Shown here: positions 12,831-26,899 of the stretch, piece by piece
Position numbering within the stretch: the first letter of the stretch is position 1
How the letters are laid out: each line of letters opens with the position of its first letter
DNA from: Isurus oxyrinchus
Lineage: Eukaryota
Direction of reading: 5' to 3'
Assembly: GCA_026770705.1 (NCBI GenBank)
Contig: JANJGN010000035.1
Location: 8,990,001-9,054,000 of the forward strand
DNA length: 64,000 bases
Translations under genes and position numbers: made by a program
The notes under the pieces: generated by a model
Told to the model about the DNA's origin: nothing
Seen by the model: only the letters and a program-made list of their open reading frames with translations
The model's database searches: none

Positions 12831-14689
12831 AATATGCATTCTGAAAGATAGCTACCTATAAAAAACCCTCTTGAACTGTCCATTTACGCCGATCATCACT
12901 TTCTCATCTCTGTGCACATTACCTGGTAAGCATCAGATGCCTCGAATATTAATTTACATCCTCCATTTCTGACATCCAATAACAATTTCATTCCAGATGA
13001 AACAACAATTAACTTGAATCTTAAATATCATTGTCCTTTAGACGTCACTCCAATATAAGGACTGTTCACATGTAGTATGCTCTAGAACTGGGGGACAAGC
13101 AGAACTTGGTTAAAAGCTTTATGAACACATCCATTCATTTAGCAGGAGTGATCCCGGCCTTCCAGTTTTCTTTCATTTCATTTTCCAACATTGTTGTTTG
13201 ATGAAAGTTTTACACTGTCCAACTGCTCTCGAATATATGAACAGCAAGTGCAACCGATCTTGCAATTAAGCACGTTACTGGATTCTCGACTCAGGACCGT
13301 GATCAACATTTTCAGATCATAACCATAGTCTCAATATCTTTGAAATGTACTGTAATAATTATTGTGGTATTTCCCACTTACACCACCTCTGAACCCAGCG
13401 TTTACTACGGTAGCAGTGCTCCATTATCGACTTATCATGCGCTGCAACATCATAATGTTTGCCAATTTTTCATTCCTGCTTTAACTTCCCACAGATGAAT
13501 GCTTTAAGAATCCCCTGCCACCCCACCCCTGCGCGCTTCTCTGCAATCATAACGCTTGTCAAATAAATGAAAGTTTCCGGTTCTGCAGCCTGAATACGTA
13601 ACTCAATATTATCTCTCCTCTGACGTCTTTGATCTCCTGACTGTTGCCAGCATTTAAATTGTTCATCTTCTACTGCATTAAAACTAGTACACGTTCAGGG
13701 CACAATGTTAAAAGACCTTGTTCTCTATGACCTCCATGTACTTCTTACCTGTAAATCTGTGCAGCACGGCAGATGCAGATTTATTCTCTTAATAAAGTGC
13801 GATGTATTTGCCCCTGGCATGTTTCTTAGCGCAAAATGTGTGAAGCATCATTATGTGGGAGACGCATGATGTCAGTAGGCACGACTGTCCAAAGCCGATG
13901 GGTGGGGGGTGGGGGGGGTGCGGTGGTGGTGGTGGGGACTTGAGTGTTCAACAGGGCCTCATTGCAGAGGATATTTTACTTCACATGTAGAATATCTTGT
14001 GCTTGCCCTGGGAAATAAAGCACACATTTGAGCATAGACAGTTGAACTTAACGCTTCTCCAATTATTAGTTTCTCTGAGCTGGGAGTATTTAATTGGGAA
14101 GTTTAGAGGAAACTTAAATGTATGTCTGGCGATCTAGATTTTCTGGAACTCTTCCTTTGCTGATGTAGGTCGTGTAGCTCTTTCATTGAGCCAATTAGAA
14201 GGAGAAAAGCGCAACAGAATCAGTGACACTTTTTAAAAGATAGAAATACAAAAATACTGTGAGGCCAGTGAGGGAGAAAGGGAAGGTTAGAAACACAATT
14301 CTCACTAGGAATGGCAGCCAAGAGGAACTGGGAAAAACATGAAGTATATATATGACGAGAGATATAAAGACTAAGGGACAGGTGTAGGAAATCGAACATA
14401 GGGAGCAACAGAAATATAGAGACATGCGCAAATGGGGTGAGGTACATAGGTCATGTATTTTTCATCTTAGTGCAGCTTCGATGGGCCGAAGGGCCTCGTC
14501 TGCACAGTGAGATTTTGTGATACTGAGAAAGAGGGAGTTAGGACTATGTACAGCAGGGTGTAATTGAGAAAGAGCCAGCGAGATCGATGCACACTGAAGT
14601 AGAATATTATCTATCCTAAGTATGTGAAGCAGGAATGTTTTTAATCAATATTACTTTTTAAGTTCAGCAGAGATTTATTTCCTTTTTTT

Positions 14690-14985
14690 CCTTCATGGGA
14701 TGTATACGACTGTATTTCCAATCAAGATTTGCACTTGTTTGGAGGACAATTAAGAGTCAACCATAGTTCTGTGGATCTGGAGTCACACATAGGCCAGGCA
14801 GGGCGGCAGAATTCCTTCCCAAAGGGAATTTCTGAGCCTGATGTTGTTCGTTAGAACGGTAATTCCAGGTGCATATTTAATACAAATTCCAATAACTGCT
14901 TTGGCGGATATTTGAACCCAGGTCCCAATAGGATTACCCTAGGCCTCTGGACTAGCGATTACATAATTAGGCCATCCCTCACCCC
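14690..14985 (-). mobile_element. Shark tRNA-derived SINE copy
   Basis: ttaagagtcaaccatagttctgtggatctggagtcacacataggccagg..ttccttccc body; B-box-like tttgaacccaggtccc; shared with 16250, 19410 and 49600. Confidence 0.6.
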
Positions 14986-15177
14986 TTGCAGCAATCGATC
15001 ATTGTAGTGTTTATCCTCAAATTGCAAATAATCATTAAGGAATTAACTTTGGAGAATTTCTGAAGTCCCAGCTTGGCAGTTGCGAAATAATTATGGTGTC
15101 TGTTTGAAGATAACGAGCAACTGCTCACCATCGCACAGTACCCAGGTCTGTTTTTAATTTCTCTCTCTATTTTACAG

Positions 15178-15260
15178 CATCCAACCCACCCTATCGAGGG
15201 AGGAGTAAAAACAACTGGCAGCAATTTGTGATTACGCCCAATGTGTTGTGGTGGAAAAAA
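15178..15260 (+). pseudogene. Near-terminal exon of the GTPase-like pseudogene
   Basis: Strong acceptor ctctctctattttacag; IQPTLSREE*KQLAAICDYAQCVVVEK resembles the recalled family tail KTLTKKEKRSLAKFSDYVQDVVKPKK. In-frame TAA at 15206-15208; no GT donor retained. Confidence 0.6.
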
Positions 15261-16249
15261 ATCTCACTGCCTGCTATTGCCCTGTTACTTCTGTGATTCA
15301 ATGTAACCTCCGGTTTCCCTATATCCAATAGAGCATTAAGTTCCGAAGCATTCCTTATGCACACATGTGTGTCCCCACAATGTATATCACAGTATTGTGC
15401 ATTTAAATGTTTCATTTTATAAAACTGCATCTTTTGCACTCTCAGCTGTATGAAATGTATACTTTTCAGTTTGTCTCGGAAAGGGAATTGAACAAAAATA
15501 TTAATACAAAGGTACGGTGTGAAGAAGTTAACAATATGCAGTGCCTAACTCGGAGTGTCCATGATTATATATGGCACGTGTAGGTATAAACAATTGGAAA
15601 CATTTTCTTGGAATAAACTGAGTGATCCTAAGCAGTCACATCTCAATTTCCAATTGATGGCCATTAATTATTTTCAAACTTCTCTCATTGTGCGCATAAT
15701 GCTACAGGCAACACATTCATCTAGCACCGTATATGGCACACTCCAACATTCCTGACAATATTTTGGTCTATTTCACCGGACTCATATCATAAATATTGTC
15801 TAATTTACAGCTGCCACCCTCAGACTTCGCTTGATCTACTTTGGAAGCTACAATTTTGAAGTTAATAAATCATTAAAAAATTAATGCAAATCTTTCTCAT
15901 AACTTGATAATTTGGGAGACGTTATCTTTTTTTCCTTTACATTGATTCGGAATACAATCACAAGCCCCCTGCAAAACGAGATTATCATTGCCTTGCAAAA
16001 CACCTACACGATGGACAAATTATTCTTTGCACTATTGTAATAATAAATAGTGTGAATTCTTCCTCTCAGATTTTGAAGTGAGTTAAAACAAGCAGTTTCT
16101 CCAGCTCAAAATGCACATGCTGTTTTAATATGTGATCAATTGTCCCACAGTGTTGATAATAGGGGCATGCAGCAACTGCAATACAATTGACCATCAAGGG
16201 GGATGTTTAGATTGTTTCTTTTCTGGCAATGCTCACTCGCTATCTGCCA

Positions 16250-16600
16250 ATGCTATTGCCACTTGTTTGGTAAGCATTTATTGCCTGCCCCTAAGTGCCA
16301 TTGTTCACAGGACATTTAAGAGTCATCCTCATTGTTGTGGGTTAGGATTCAAATGTAGGTTCGACCGAGTAAGGACAAAGGTTTCCATTCCCTAATGAGG
16401 CATTTATGAAGCAGGTGTTTCTTTTTTTAAAACAAACATTATAAGATTATAAATATTGGGCTTTTAATTCAAAATTTCGATTGTATTCAAATTCCACAAT
16501 TAGCCGTTATGAGAGCCAATCCTCCATCACCAGACCAGTAACCTGGGCTTCTGGGATACCTAGTCCATCGACAATACCACTGTGCCATCGCCTTACTTAC
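16250..16600 (-). mobile_element. Shark tRNA-derived SINE copy
   Basis: Head revcomp ggcgatggcacagtggtattgtc..ggactagg, body ttaagagtcatcctcattgttgtggg; same family as 14690. Confidence 0.6.
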
Positions 16601-16689
16601 AGCCTTAGTCTGAACGATTTCCTGTCTTGCTCTCTGAACACGGTTTCTATCAGCATTGAAAAGTTGAGAATGCTGCTGAAAGTTTTGCA

Positions 16690-17530
16690 TTCATCAGCGG
16701 AATTTCCCAAATCCTTGTTTACGATGGAGTAAACACCATTGCTGAAACAACTGAATACTGTTCGGCCTAAAAAAGTACTCTAACTACCTCCTGCAGTGAT
16801 GCCCGGGGACTGTCATGATGGGCTGCCAGCAATTACAAACATCAGCCCTTCTGTTGTGCAGTGGCCTAATAAGTAGCATTATGAATATTTGAGAGTCTTC
16901 CCCGATTCCATCTGACATCAATATTCCTAGGAGTCCTTGATCATACATTTGTTTAACTGTGCAATCTCAGATAAACATACGAATCCAGCTCATTTGTTAA
17001 TGTTTTAACCAAGTCTGTCATTTTGTTGGGAGCTGGGTGTTGCTCGCGAAACCCAAACTGATGGTAAGAGAGAAGCCTAAAATTGATTGAATGTCCGCTT
17101 CATAGCACTTTGGCGGCTCTTGATAGTATTTAGATGGTAATTGAGAGTAGACAAATGGGGACGTAATTGGCCAGGATGGAATTTTCCTGTTTTTATTTTT
17201 TGGATAGAGACAGCGGGTCAATTTTCGATGTTGTTGGGTAGGTGCCCGTTTTTCCTATGCACTGAATTAGCTTGGTTGGGACGCTGATACTTCAGACAGG
17301 AAATCGTTAGCATCATTCCCGGAATGTTGCCATAGCATTTGCCGAATGCAATCCCTCCGTCGTTTCCATATATCACGTGTCAAGAATCAAATTGGCTGAA
17401 CATTACTACTTCTTATGTTGGGGACACAGGAATATGGCGATATAAATCATGTATTTGGCACAAATGGCTGAAAGTGCTTGCAAATACTTAATCAGTTTCT
17501 GTTGCACTGACATTCCGGGCTCCTCAATTA
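16690..17530 (-). mobile_element. Decayed L2/CR1-group LINE fragment
   Basis: Colinear with 8660-9280 and 47860-48680 (gctgaaacaactgaat..; tgggtaggtgcccg..; ggaatgttgcc..). Confidence 0.55.
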
Positions 17531-18789
17531 CCGAGATTGTATTTGTGTCAGTTCCACCTCCAATTTCATCACTGAGAGTCCAACATAGATGACCGGACCA
17601 CGAGATGTCAACAAAAAATACTGAACATAAACGTCAGAAATTGTCTTTGAAATCGCTAACATGACTGACGAGAATCAATTATGCTTGGAGCTCTCATACA
17701 CATTGGCAGTATCCTGGAGCACTGTGAGATGTTATAGTCACCACTCAGGATACCGATGCACTGTTACTCCACGTATACATTTGGGAGGATGCGGATTTAC
17801 TATGAAAGTGCACACGAGCCACACAGATTGGCAAAATATCGTGAACACTGTCAAACACCTGACTGTTTCCCGAACAATTTTGAAACCACATACACATCTG
17901 GGAGGACTTTCATGCACTTTGGAAACTTATAGAAACCTGACAATCTTCCGAAAGACTACATAACCCCACTACACAGCTCACAGGAAGCACATAGGTTATT
18001 CCGTCACTTCAATAGCTGGCAGCTTCGAAGTTGATCTAAACCACCCCTCAAAAAGCAAATATTTAGATTTCAAGCTTAAAGATACATTTGGAAAATGCGC
18101 AATACCAGCGTTATTGATAGTCCCAGGGGCACCTGATTCATTTCCATTAGGTCCCTCCTAAGCTCTGAATTGATCTGGGCATGTCATCAATGAATAGTTC
18201 TTTCACGCTAATTCATGTTGCATGCCCCCAATCTGTAGAAACATGGACCACCATGAATTTTGGAGAAAGTGGTAGAAACACTAAAAATTTCCCAACGTTC
18301 TGATTTCATAGTGCAGAAGAGGGTTTAGAAATTATTTTATCATCCTGAAGAGTTGTACAAACTACTGCACAAACGCCTGGTAATCCTGAGCTTAATTAGG
18401 TGGCGGGGAAGAGGAACATTAAGGTTGACTTTAAAATTGTGAACTAGCTTCTTAATAAATCACCGTTGTATTTTAAAGGCAAATTAACATTTAATGGAAC
18501 ATTTGTTTTGTTACTTGTAAAATCTAATGTACATAATTCAAAGCCCCAAATCAGATATTGAGTTCATTTATTGGGGCAACGGCCCACACGATCTCGGTTT
18601 GGCATTTGGTTTGTATTAAGCTGAAATAAGTGCAGCGATGTTCATTTTTTTTCATTCCAGTAGGCAGTACTAACGGTCTTCACAAGGCCTATGAAGGTTT
18701 TAACCAAGCTAGAAAATCCATTTGCATAAATTTTTGCAAAGCTGATTGACTTCAGATATGTAAATAGATTTGAGAACCTAGGGATGTCC

Positions 18790-19200
18790 TCCTTAGCAAA
18801 AAAAAAATAACTCAAAAGGGAAATTGAAAAAGATATTAATATCATGAGGGGGCTGGATAGAGAAACGCTGCTTTCGTTGTTCGAATTGATCGATAGGGAG
18901 AAACCTGTTAATCCTGACAGATGTATTAAGGGCCAAAGGACGATTTTTACCTGTACACGGTAAAAGGCATAACTGAGACACGAAGGAAATAATTATCTTT
19001 GTTTTCTATGAAGCACATTCCACGACGCTGGGAAGTGCTACCTGAAAAGGTCAAGGCGGTTGAAATCAAACAGCTTTACAAAATTAGCTGAGAAAAAAAT
19101 TAAATGCAAATGTACAAAAACATGGCAGGCGACTACGATCAGCTGCGGGCCAAAAGCGTTGGATTTTTCTGGTTTAAACAATCGATGAATCTATGAGTCC
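18790..19200 (+). mobile_element. CR1 3'-end fragment
   Basis: atcatgagggggctggatagagaa.. followed by a 3' terminus gggccaaaagcgttgg..gaatctatgagtccatga, typical of CR1 ends. Confidence 0.5.
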
Positions 19201-19269
19201 ATGAAACGCTATAATTCTGCCATGCAGAAAATGACTTGTTATTCTGAGACCCAAATTAAGTGAGATGGA

Positions 19270-19362
19270 GTCGAAACATTAACTCTGTCTTTCTCCCCAG
19301 AGATACTGAGCTGTTCATGCGATTTTTTTTTTCGGATTTGCAGCATCCGCAGTATTTTGCAT
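19270..19362 (+). mobile_element. Older Penelope-like terminal repeat fragment
   Basis: tcgaaacattaactctgtctttctcccc..gatttgcagcatccgcagtattttgc is a diverged version of the young PLE end. Confidence 0.5.
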
Positions 19363-19409
19363 CTAAAATTCAGATCAGCATCTGCATCACTGGATACGGA
19401 GCGATGCCC

Positions 19410-19735
19410 TGTCATGGAGCGCTGACGGCCTAGTGGTAAAGCATAATACTCTGGGAAAATTATTCCCACCACCGCAGATGGTGGGGTTTGCATTTATGTT
19501 TAAAAAAACTCTGGAATTACAAGTCTTATGATACCGATTGTTGTAAAAATAAAACCCTTCTGGTTTACTAATTATCTTTAGGGAAGTATTCCTTCCATCT
19601 TTATCTGGCCTGGCCGACATGGGGCTTCAGACCCACAACAATGTGGTATGCTATCCCAACAGGTGCAATGAAGGATTGAAATTAGGTGCTATCTTAGCCA
19701 GCAATGCATACATTCCATGAACGAATATATTAAAA
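19410..19735 (+). mobile_element. Shark tRNA-derived SINE copy
   Basis: gacggcctagtggtaa head; ttgtaaaa..ctggtttactaatt..tttagggaag..tctggcct..cagacccacaacaatgtgg body; L2-like tail cattccatgaacgaat. Confidence 0.6.
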
Positions 19736-19739
19736 AGTG

Positions 19740-21480
19740 GGTGGCACAGGGGTATACAATCAGGAAATAGGTACCTGTAAGCCCACTGCATCGTATTTGG
19801 ATCCCTTGAATTCCAGTATGATCAGGTCAAAAAAGGATAAATAAAACTTACGTAGGTTACTACAAGTCCTAAATAGTGTGGACCTTTAAGCAGCTATGGA
19901 TGCTACACAGAAGCCCCTTCCACAATGATGAGAGAGCACAGAACACCAGTACAAAATGCAGCGCAGAAGCATTTGCTACCATCTTCAGCCAGAAGTGCGA
20001 AGTGGATGATACATCTCGAACTTTTCATGAGGTCTGAAGCTTCACAGAAGACAACTGTTAGCAAATTCGATTCACTGCACCTTATAGTAAGAGACAGCTA
20101 AGAAAATTGGAAACAGCAAATGTTTTGGTGACTGACTATATTCCGGTGGTAGCACGGAACGACTGTGCTCCATAAATTGTTGCCCACCTCTCCAAGATTT
20201 TCCAATATAGCTATATCACTAGCATCCACAGAGCAATATGATAATTTGCCAATGTATGATCTGTCCACAAGAACATAGCAGTGAATTTAACTTGGATAAT
20301 GACAATTCCGTAAGTCGATCATCAGCCAAGTGATGGAAACAGCCTTCGACAAATCTAACAGTTGTTCTGTACTCAAGCATAATCTGGTCACTCACGTTCA
20401 GTTTGCGAACCATGGCAATGATCTCCAATTTAAGGTTCATAACTGTTTCAAAGGAAGGCAGCTGTGGTTGGTTGAGCTCAATACTTTCCATTTCAGGACA
20501 TCACTGCTGGTAGTTCTCAGGGTAGTGCATAATCCGCAATTATATCCCGTTGCTTCATCAAAGAATTTCCCTTTATTATCAGGTCTGTTTGTGGGATGTT
20601 AATTGACGATTGCAGAATGTTCAGCACCATTACACATTTGTTAGGCCCTGAACCACGCCGTGTGCATTTCTCAGGAGAACTGGAGATATTTCTGGCATGT
20701 GCAAATGACATTCACACATCCCATGTGCCAAAGCAATGACCATCTCTAAAAACTCAGGAACTAACTATCTCCCTTTCAAATTCAATGGCATCAGTTTCAA
20801 AAAACCCACTGCTATCAACATCCTAGGGGTTAGATTAGATCAGAAACTGAACAGGACCACATACACAAAGCCAGCTGCAAATCAGATTAGGGAAACTCCA
20901 CAGACACTTACTCAAAACCTGGTACTCCAATGTGCATACACAATTCAAAGCGTTCAAGCCAAGCGGCTGTTGGAATGCCATCCACTTTTCTTAATTAGTG
21001 CAGCTCCAACAACACTGAAGAATTTCCAAACATCCAAAACAAAAAAGCTCTGTTGGTGACACGCCATCAACAAAGTAAAACAAGCAGGGCATGCACAATC
21101 TACGCACATTTACAATAGTGAGTACAAGCTCCAAGATGCACTGAGCCAACTTGCCTATTTAATTCTCGAGAGCACTTCCCAATGCCAATAAATCTACCAA
21201 CTAGATGGTGAAGCAAAGCAGATGCATGGGAATACCACCAGCTGCACATCATTTTCCTGGCCGCATGTCATCTTGACTACAAGCTACATAACTTTTCATT
21301 CACTGGTGTTGAGTCAAAAGTTTGGAAAATACCTCCCTAACAGCATATTGGTGTAGCTACAACAGATGCACTGCATCTGTTAAAAAATGTGGATCATCAG
21401 TACCTTCGGAATAACACTTAGGCATACGGAATATAATCACTGGCCAATCCAGCGACAGCCACATCTCGTGAATGAATTTA
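19740..21480 (+). mobile_element. L2/CR1-group LINE 3' half (in duplication copy 1)
   Basis: EAFATIFSQKCEVDD motif (~19967-20009), degenerate (F)xDDC at ~20605, and 3' tail ccacatctcgtgaatgaatttaaaaaaaa. Confidence 0.75.
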
Positions 21481-23229
21481 AAAAAAAAACTGAATTAAAG
21501 GTAACAAAACTCAAGCAGTCGGGAAAAAGCAGTCCATGGTTTTCAGCAAATGCAGAAGCATTCACTACAACCACCGAAGCACAGTGACAGCCCATTGTGT
21601 CATCAGTGGATGCAATATCTGCACTAGAGAAGCTCACCAAGTCTTCTTAGCACTGTTGGAATGCCATCCACTAGTCTAAATAAGTGTAGCTTATTACCAA
21701 ATTCTCGAAAGGGTAGGGTGGCAAACGTATATAAGCACGACAGGCTGGACATCCATTCCCAAGCTACCCAACATCTTGCCATTGAAACATATCACTATTA
21801 CTTCACTGCCACTTGATCAAATATTCAAACACTCTCCTAACAGCGCTGTTGGCGTACCAACAGCAGCGGTTCAAGATGGCAGCTCATCACCAAGTGAAAA
21901 TAGGGTTGCCAATAAATGCTGCCAAAACCAAAGATGTCCGCCTCCCTTTACTGAATTTGTATAAAGTCCCTTCTAAAGGTCGTGTTCCGCCTATTTCCTC
22001 CTGCAAGATTGCATTTTTTTCCCTGCAAGGTGCCTCCTGCCCCCCTACCCTCTGCTGAAAACAATTTCACTCTTTTACATTCTGAATTCTGCACTACAAT
22101 TTTCTTCATTATTACTGTCTGTCTTGAACATTAGTTTTGCTTGCTCCAAAGAGAAAAAGAAAGACCCCCCAAAAAAACACTGAGCCCACCACCGTAAACA
22201 AGTCGGACCTTAGAAGATCTTTCCAACTTTATCTTCAGGATGACATTAGGGTTTAGCTTTTGTTGTGTCACTAAGGCTGTACAGGTATTAACCAGAAAAG
22301 TTGTTGATTACCGGAAATAAAAATGTTGTAATTACAGCCATTTGAATGCTTCTCTACTCTATGTACTTGTAACATCCAAAACAACCTGCACCCCCTAAAT
22401 AGCCATTCATCCCTATCTATTACAATTATGCCCCTGTGACAAAACACAAATTTGCGTTCGGATCCGCTAGCCATTTCCAAAATTCACACCCTTAAATGGC
22501 AAACCTTTTAAAACTTTAGGGGCATTTTATGCTCAGGCTCAACTTTGAGGCTTGCAGGAGGACTTCAGTGGCAGGCCGATGCGGACAAATTAGCCATTTT
22601 CAGGCCTTCAGCGAGAAGGAAAGTATAGGCGGTGAAGTGCCTCACAAACCTATCACTGATTAACACCGAGGGCCAAGAAAAAAGTCTGAAACCTGTGGAC
22701 TCTCCCTCTTGCCGCCTCGCCGCCACCTGGGACACCAGCTCCATAACCACCATTTCTCGCACAAAAGCGAGGTCCCTTTAAAGGTACTCTAACCTCGTCT
22801 GTCCATCGCATAGGCTCACATCACCTCCCACGCTGAACAAAACACAGCCAACCTATACCAGGACACGCGGGACATTCATACTATGGACCGTTGCAGCCGC
22901 AGTGCTGTCCACTGCATTCTATGGCACTGCAGTGGCGACAGAAATGCTGGCCAGTGAGCTGGCAAATGCAGGACTTATGCAGGTCTCGGGACTGTTGCAG
23001 AAATGTGAACTGAAATCAATTATCGATTTTTGGGACCGTTAAATGACTGCACACTTGATAGTGGCAGCTGTGACGTGTTTTCTGCCAACTATTTGGATGG
23101 CGGGAATGGAGATCCCACCATTACCCACTTAAAGTAGTTCAAAGACAATGGAGCATTGATAATAAAAGACAGTATCATAGCTGATTCAACTGTGTCATTC
23201 TCTTGTATTGGACAATGAAAAAAATATAA

Positions 23230-25200
23230 GAAGCAGGTCTTTTACTCCTTCCAGTCTGCTGCAGCATTCAATGATAACAGGGCTGATCCTCGCTTTCTGC
23301 ACAATTTGGTTGCACTATCCCATCATGCCTTGATGATTTTACTAAATAGAATTCTATCGAGCTCAGGCATGAACATACACAGCGACCGAGACTCCAAAAT
23401 CCTGAGGGCAGATAATTCCAAATGTTCAACATCCTCTGAGCATGGATTTCCTCCATCCCCTTTCCTAAATTGTCAGCCCTTTACTGCGAGTCTATGTCTC
23501 CTTGTTCTACAATATTCAGAATGGGGAAACACCCTAGCCGCATCTACACTGATGAATCGATTATAGCTGTCTGCCTGTTGTCAACTATCATTTCAAACCT
23601 ACAGCAAATTAAGTTGCATTCATTTAATTTTCGCAAAGGACAGTCCGACCTTTCCTAACGTTATTTTGGTAAGCAGTCCCTATTTGGCAAGTACGTTTTT
23701 CCTGCAGTAAAATACCAAAGCTGCACGCAATATTCAGGGCATGATGTCACTAATGTCCTATATAAACGCAGTAAATCATCTTTACTCCTATGTCCAATTT
23801 TTTTTGCTGTAAAGGTCGACGTGCCATTTGTCTTCACAACTGCTTGCTGTACATGCCTGTTAGCTTTCAGTGACTCATAAACATGAACGCCCAAGTCCCG
23901 GTGAGGTTCAAAGCTTTGCAGCCTCTCCCCACTTGTGAAATATCCTGTAATAGTGTTTGTTGTACCAAAGTTGGTAACCTCACATTTCTCCACACTATGT
24001 TCCATCTTCCAGTTGTTTGCCTACTCACTTAGTCTGTTCGTATTCCCTGAGGTGTACTTCGATCCACACCACAATTCAGCCTACCAATTTAGTTTGTGTC
24101 ATCTAACGGCGACAACATATTTCATTTCATCCCAACATCCAAATCATTGGCATTGATTACGAATAGCTTCGACGCAGCATGGATCCTATCAAAGATTCAC
24201 TAATCACAGGTTACCACAATGAAACTGGCCTATATAATTCATATTCTCTTTCCTGTCAATGAATGAGTGTTCAAACAAATTTCATTATACTGCATGTCAA
24301 TCCGATGTGCTCTCATTTATCTTAGTCCGGGTTCCTGTCAGAATCTTGCTGAATATCAAATAAAAAATGTATGTGATCCTTCCCCTTGTCTATTCAGTTC
24401 CTTCCATTTTCAACATCTGCAACAGATGTGTTAATCCAGTTTTGCGTTTCTTAATTCCATTTTGACTTTTACCAATCCTCCCACTATATTTTTATTGTAC
24501 TGCTATTTATCTAGAACGCCTGCTCATTCAATCTTCTTACTGAAAAGTGAGGCAACCTAATTATTGAGAACTCTGCTCCACCTTCAGCATCACAGCACAT
24601 GTTACCATATAGAGCTTTGCTCGACCTCAACATTTGGATAATTATTCTCTTCGACCTAATCCACTTGCATAATATCTTTGGGCATTATTTGAATTTATCC
24701 GACAATATATTTCACACCATCTCTGCTTTCCTAATTAGCTTTTTATTATTTCACACCTGACAGTCCTCTACTCCTAACTTCTCGATGTACTTATATCTTT
24801 GACTCACAGTCACAGATTTCCATTCCTGAACACTGACCAAATCAGAGAACGCAGACCTAAGGAGTCTGATTGCCTTCTGGAACTAAGTGACCAGGTAACA
24901 TTAGCACAGCTGAATATGCTACAATACATGCACCACTGCCTCCAGATATTCAACTCTTTTCTGAATCTTGTCAGTAAGCTCAGCATACTACTGATGTGGT
25001 TGCCATGGATAGCACTGGCAACCATGGGCCTACATTTTCTGTAGCCATGACACAGGAGTTGTCCTTTCATTTAATTCTGTTTATTAGATTATTTTTAAAT
25101 TAAATAAATCATTCCTCCCAAGTTCAGAAATCTCCCTGATTCAACAAACCCAAAACTTCACACTGTGCACTAATCAGCAGCACTGCAGACAGTTTGTTTC
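23230..25200 (-). mobile_element. Internally deleted CR1 (ORF1 start plus ORF2 3' part), copy 1
   Basis: ORF 23661-24005 (VEKCEVTNFG..RDLGVHVYESLK..LYRTLVTSCPEYCVQLW) and an ORF1-like start MKGQL..C..GNHI (24810-25070). Confidence 0.75.
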
Positions 25201-26899
25201 ATGTAGCTCGAGAGGTGTAACAGGGATAGCACACTCCTTCTACCGAGAGACTTCACAGCAAGGGAACAAAACCAGACGGCTAAGGAGATTAATGAAGTGA
25301 TCATTACTGAAGGCAGTTCTGGACATAGTGTGTTTCAAATCTATGGGAATTTTAGTCTGGAAATTGTGTGCCTTCTATTTCATTTAGAAACCAGTTAGCT
25401 GTTCAGTAAGATTGCATGAAATGGCGATTGGGGGGGGGGGGGGTGCTGGTATGGGGGGTGGTGTTCGGGGGGTGGTGAGTGGGTGGTTGGTGCTGGTGTG
25501 GGTGTGGTGGAGAATAATCTAAGTGATACTTTGGATTAGATGATAGACGGGGAAACTCGGTTCACTGGGTGAAGCTGTCTTCTCCAGTATATTTCTCACA
25601 GCTTCGAATGTGTCACTCTTTTATAGCTATGGAATAAGCCTAATAATTTAGGGAGGTATCATCCATATGAAATGAAAAATGTTAAAACTCTAAACATGTT
25701 AATTCAGATAGCTGAGTACCTACATCGCTCTGGACGACTTTTCTTCCTGACAAAAACTGAAATTAATTATTGTTCATTGCAAGCCTTTTCCCTTTATGTT
25801 CTGTTAATGAACAACTTTACAGTGAAAGTACGGAGTGAATCCACCCTTAGAAGAAGGTTTAAATTTGCTGTGGATAAATCGCAGTTTGAAGTGGCAATTC
25901 AATATATTCATCAATGTGATACAGAGCGTTAACAATTGACGTGAAATAGCAAAGAAGAACAGCCCTCATCTTTCATTCTTTTATGATCTAAATGGTGCAG
26001 GTTTCTCTAAAGTTCGGTGTGAGCAGAAAGCGACTGCGCAATTAAGACCGAAGGTCGATTTTATTTTTTTTTTTGATCTGGCATAATTGACCTTTAACCA
26101 GTGTGTGTTCAGTAAACTACAGAACGCTTAACAATAAGTTTCACAGAAAATTTCAAAATGACGTCAAAACTTTAGAATAAGGTTAGAGCTGGGATTTACT
26201 GCCAACAATCATTTTGTTTTGATGTAGTGAAGCGGAGATGTCGCCAATTATCAGCGTAGCAGTTCATTGTTTAGGCTTCCCTATTAATCCATTCCTCTGA
26301 TGGGCGTCTCTGGCTAGGCCAGGATTAATTGCCCATTCCTAACTGGCGTTGAGATTTTGCTGGTGATCTGCCTTCTTCAACCTCTGCAGTCCATATAGTG
26401 TTGGTACACTGACAGTGCTATTAGCGAGCGTGTTGCAGGATTTTGAATCAGTAGCAGTGAAGAAAAGGCAATATATATCAAATTCAGTGTATTGAGTGGC
26501 AGGGAGGGTGACTTCCAGGTCGCAGGGTTCCCATGTGTCTGCTGCCCTTGCCCTTCTAAATTCTAGCGGATGTGGGTTCGTAAGGCTCTGCCTAAGGTAT
26601 TCACCCTGTTGAAGTCATTGATTTTTATTATTTTAAGATCATATTGTAAATTGGATTGACAGGCATTGATCAGCTATCATAAAATCATTTATAAAAAAAA
26701 CACTAAGAATGTCCATGACGTGGCGCAACAGTGGTGATGTTTAATCTCCGAGTTATTCCATTTTGCATCGGGCACTCAGTCCCATTACAATTAAAATAAA
26801 TAAATATTGAACGCTGTGTAGAACTGGCCACCAAAATGATATGAACCGTTTCACGGAACCGACAGAGACAAATATATACCCTTCAGAGACAAAGCGGCG

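Noticed and set aside
21580-21625. CACAGTG heptamers (here, its paralog at ~31344, and at ~3239, ~7648, ~11073, ~14503, ~53242) as V(D)J recombination signals
   Set aside because: No ACAAAAACC-like nonamer at 12 or 23 nt spacing and no V/J coding segments nearby.
25880-25932. IQYIHQCDTER* as the last exon of the GTPase pseudogene, and LRMCHSF/LKKCHTF (~25602/35289) as its first exon
   Set aside because: The matches are only a few residues long, are not consistently preserved between the duplicate copies, and splice context is unconvincing.
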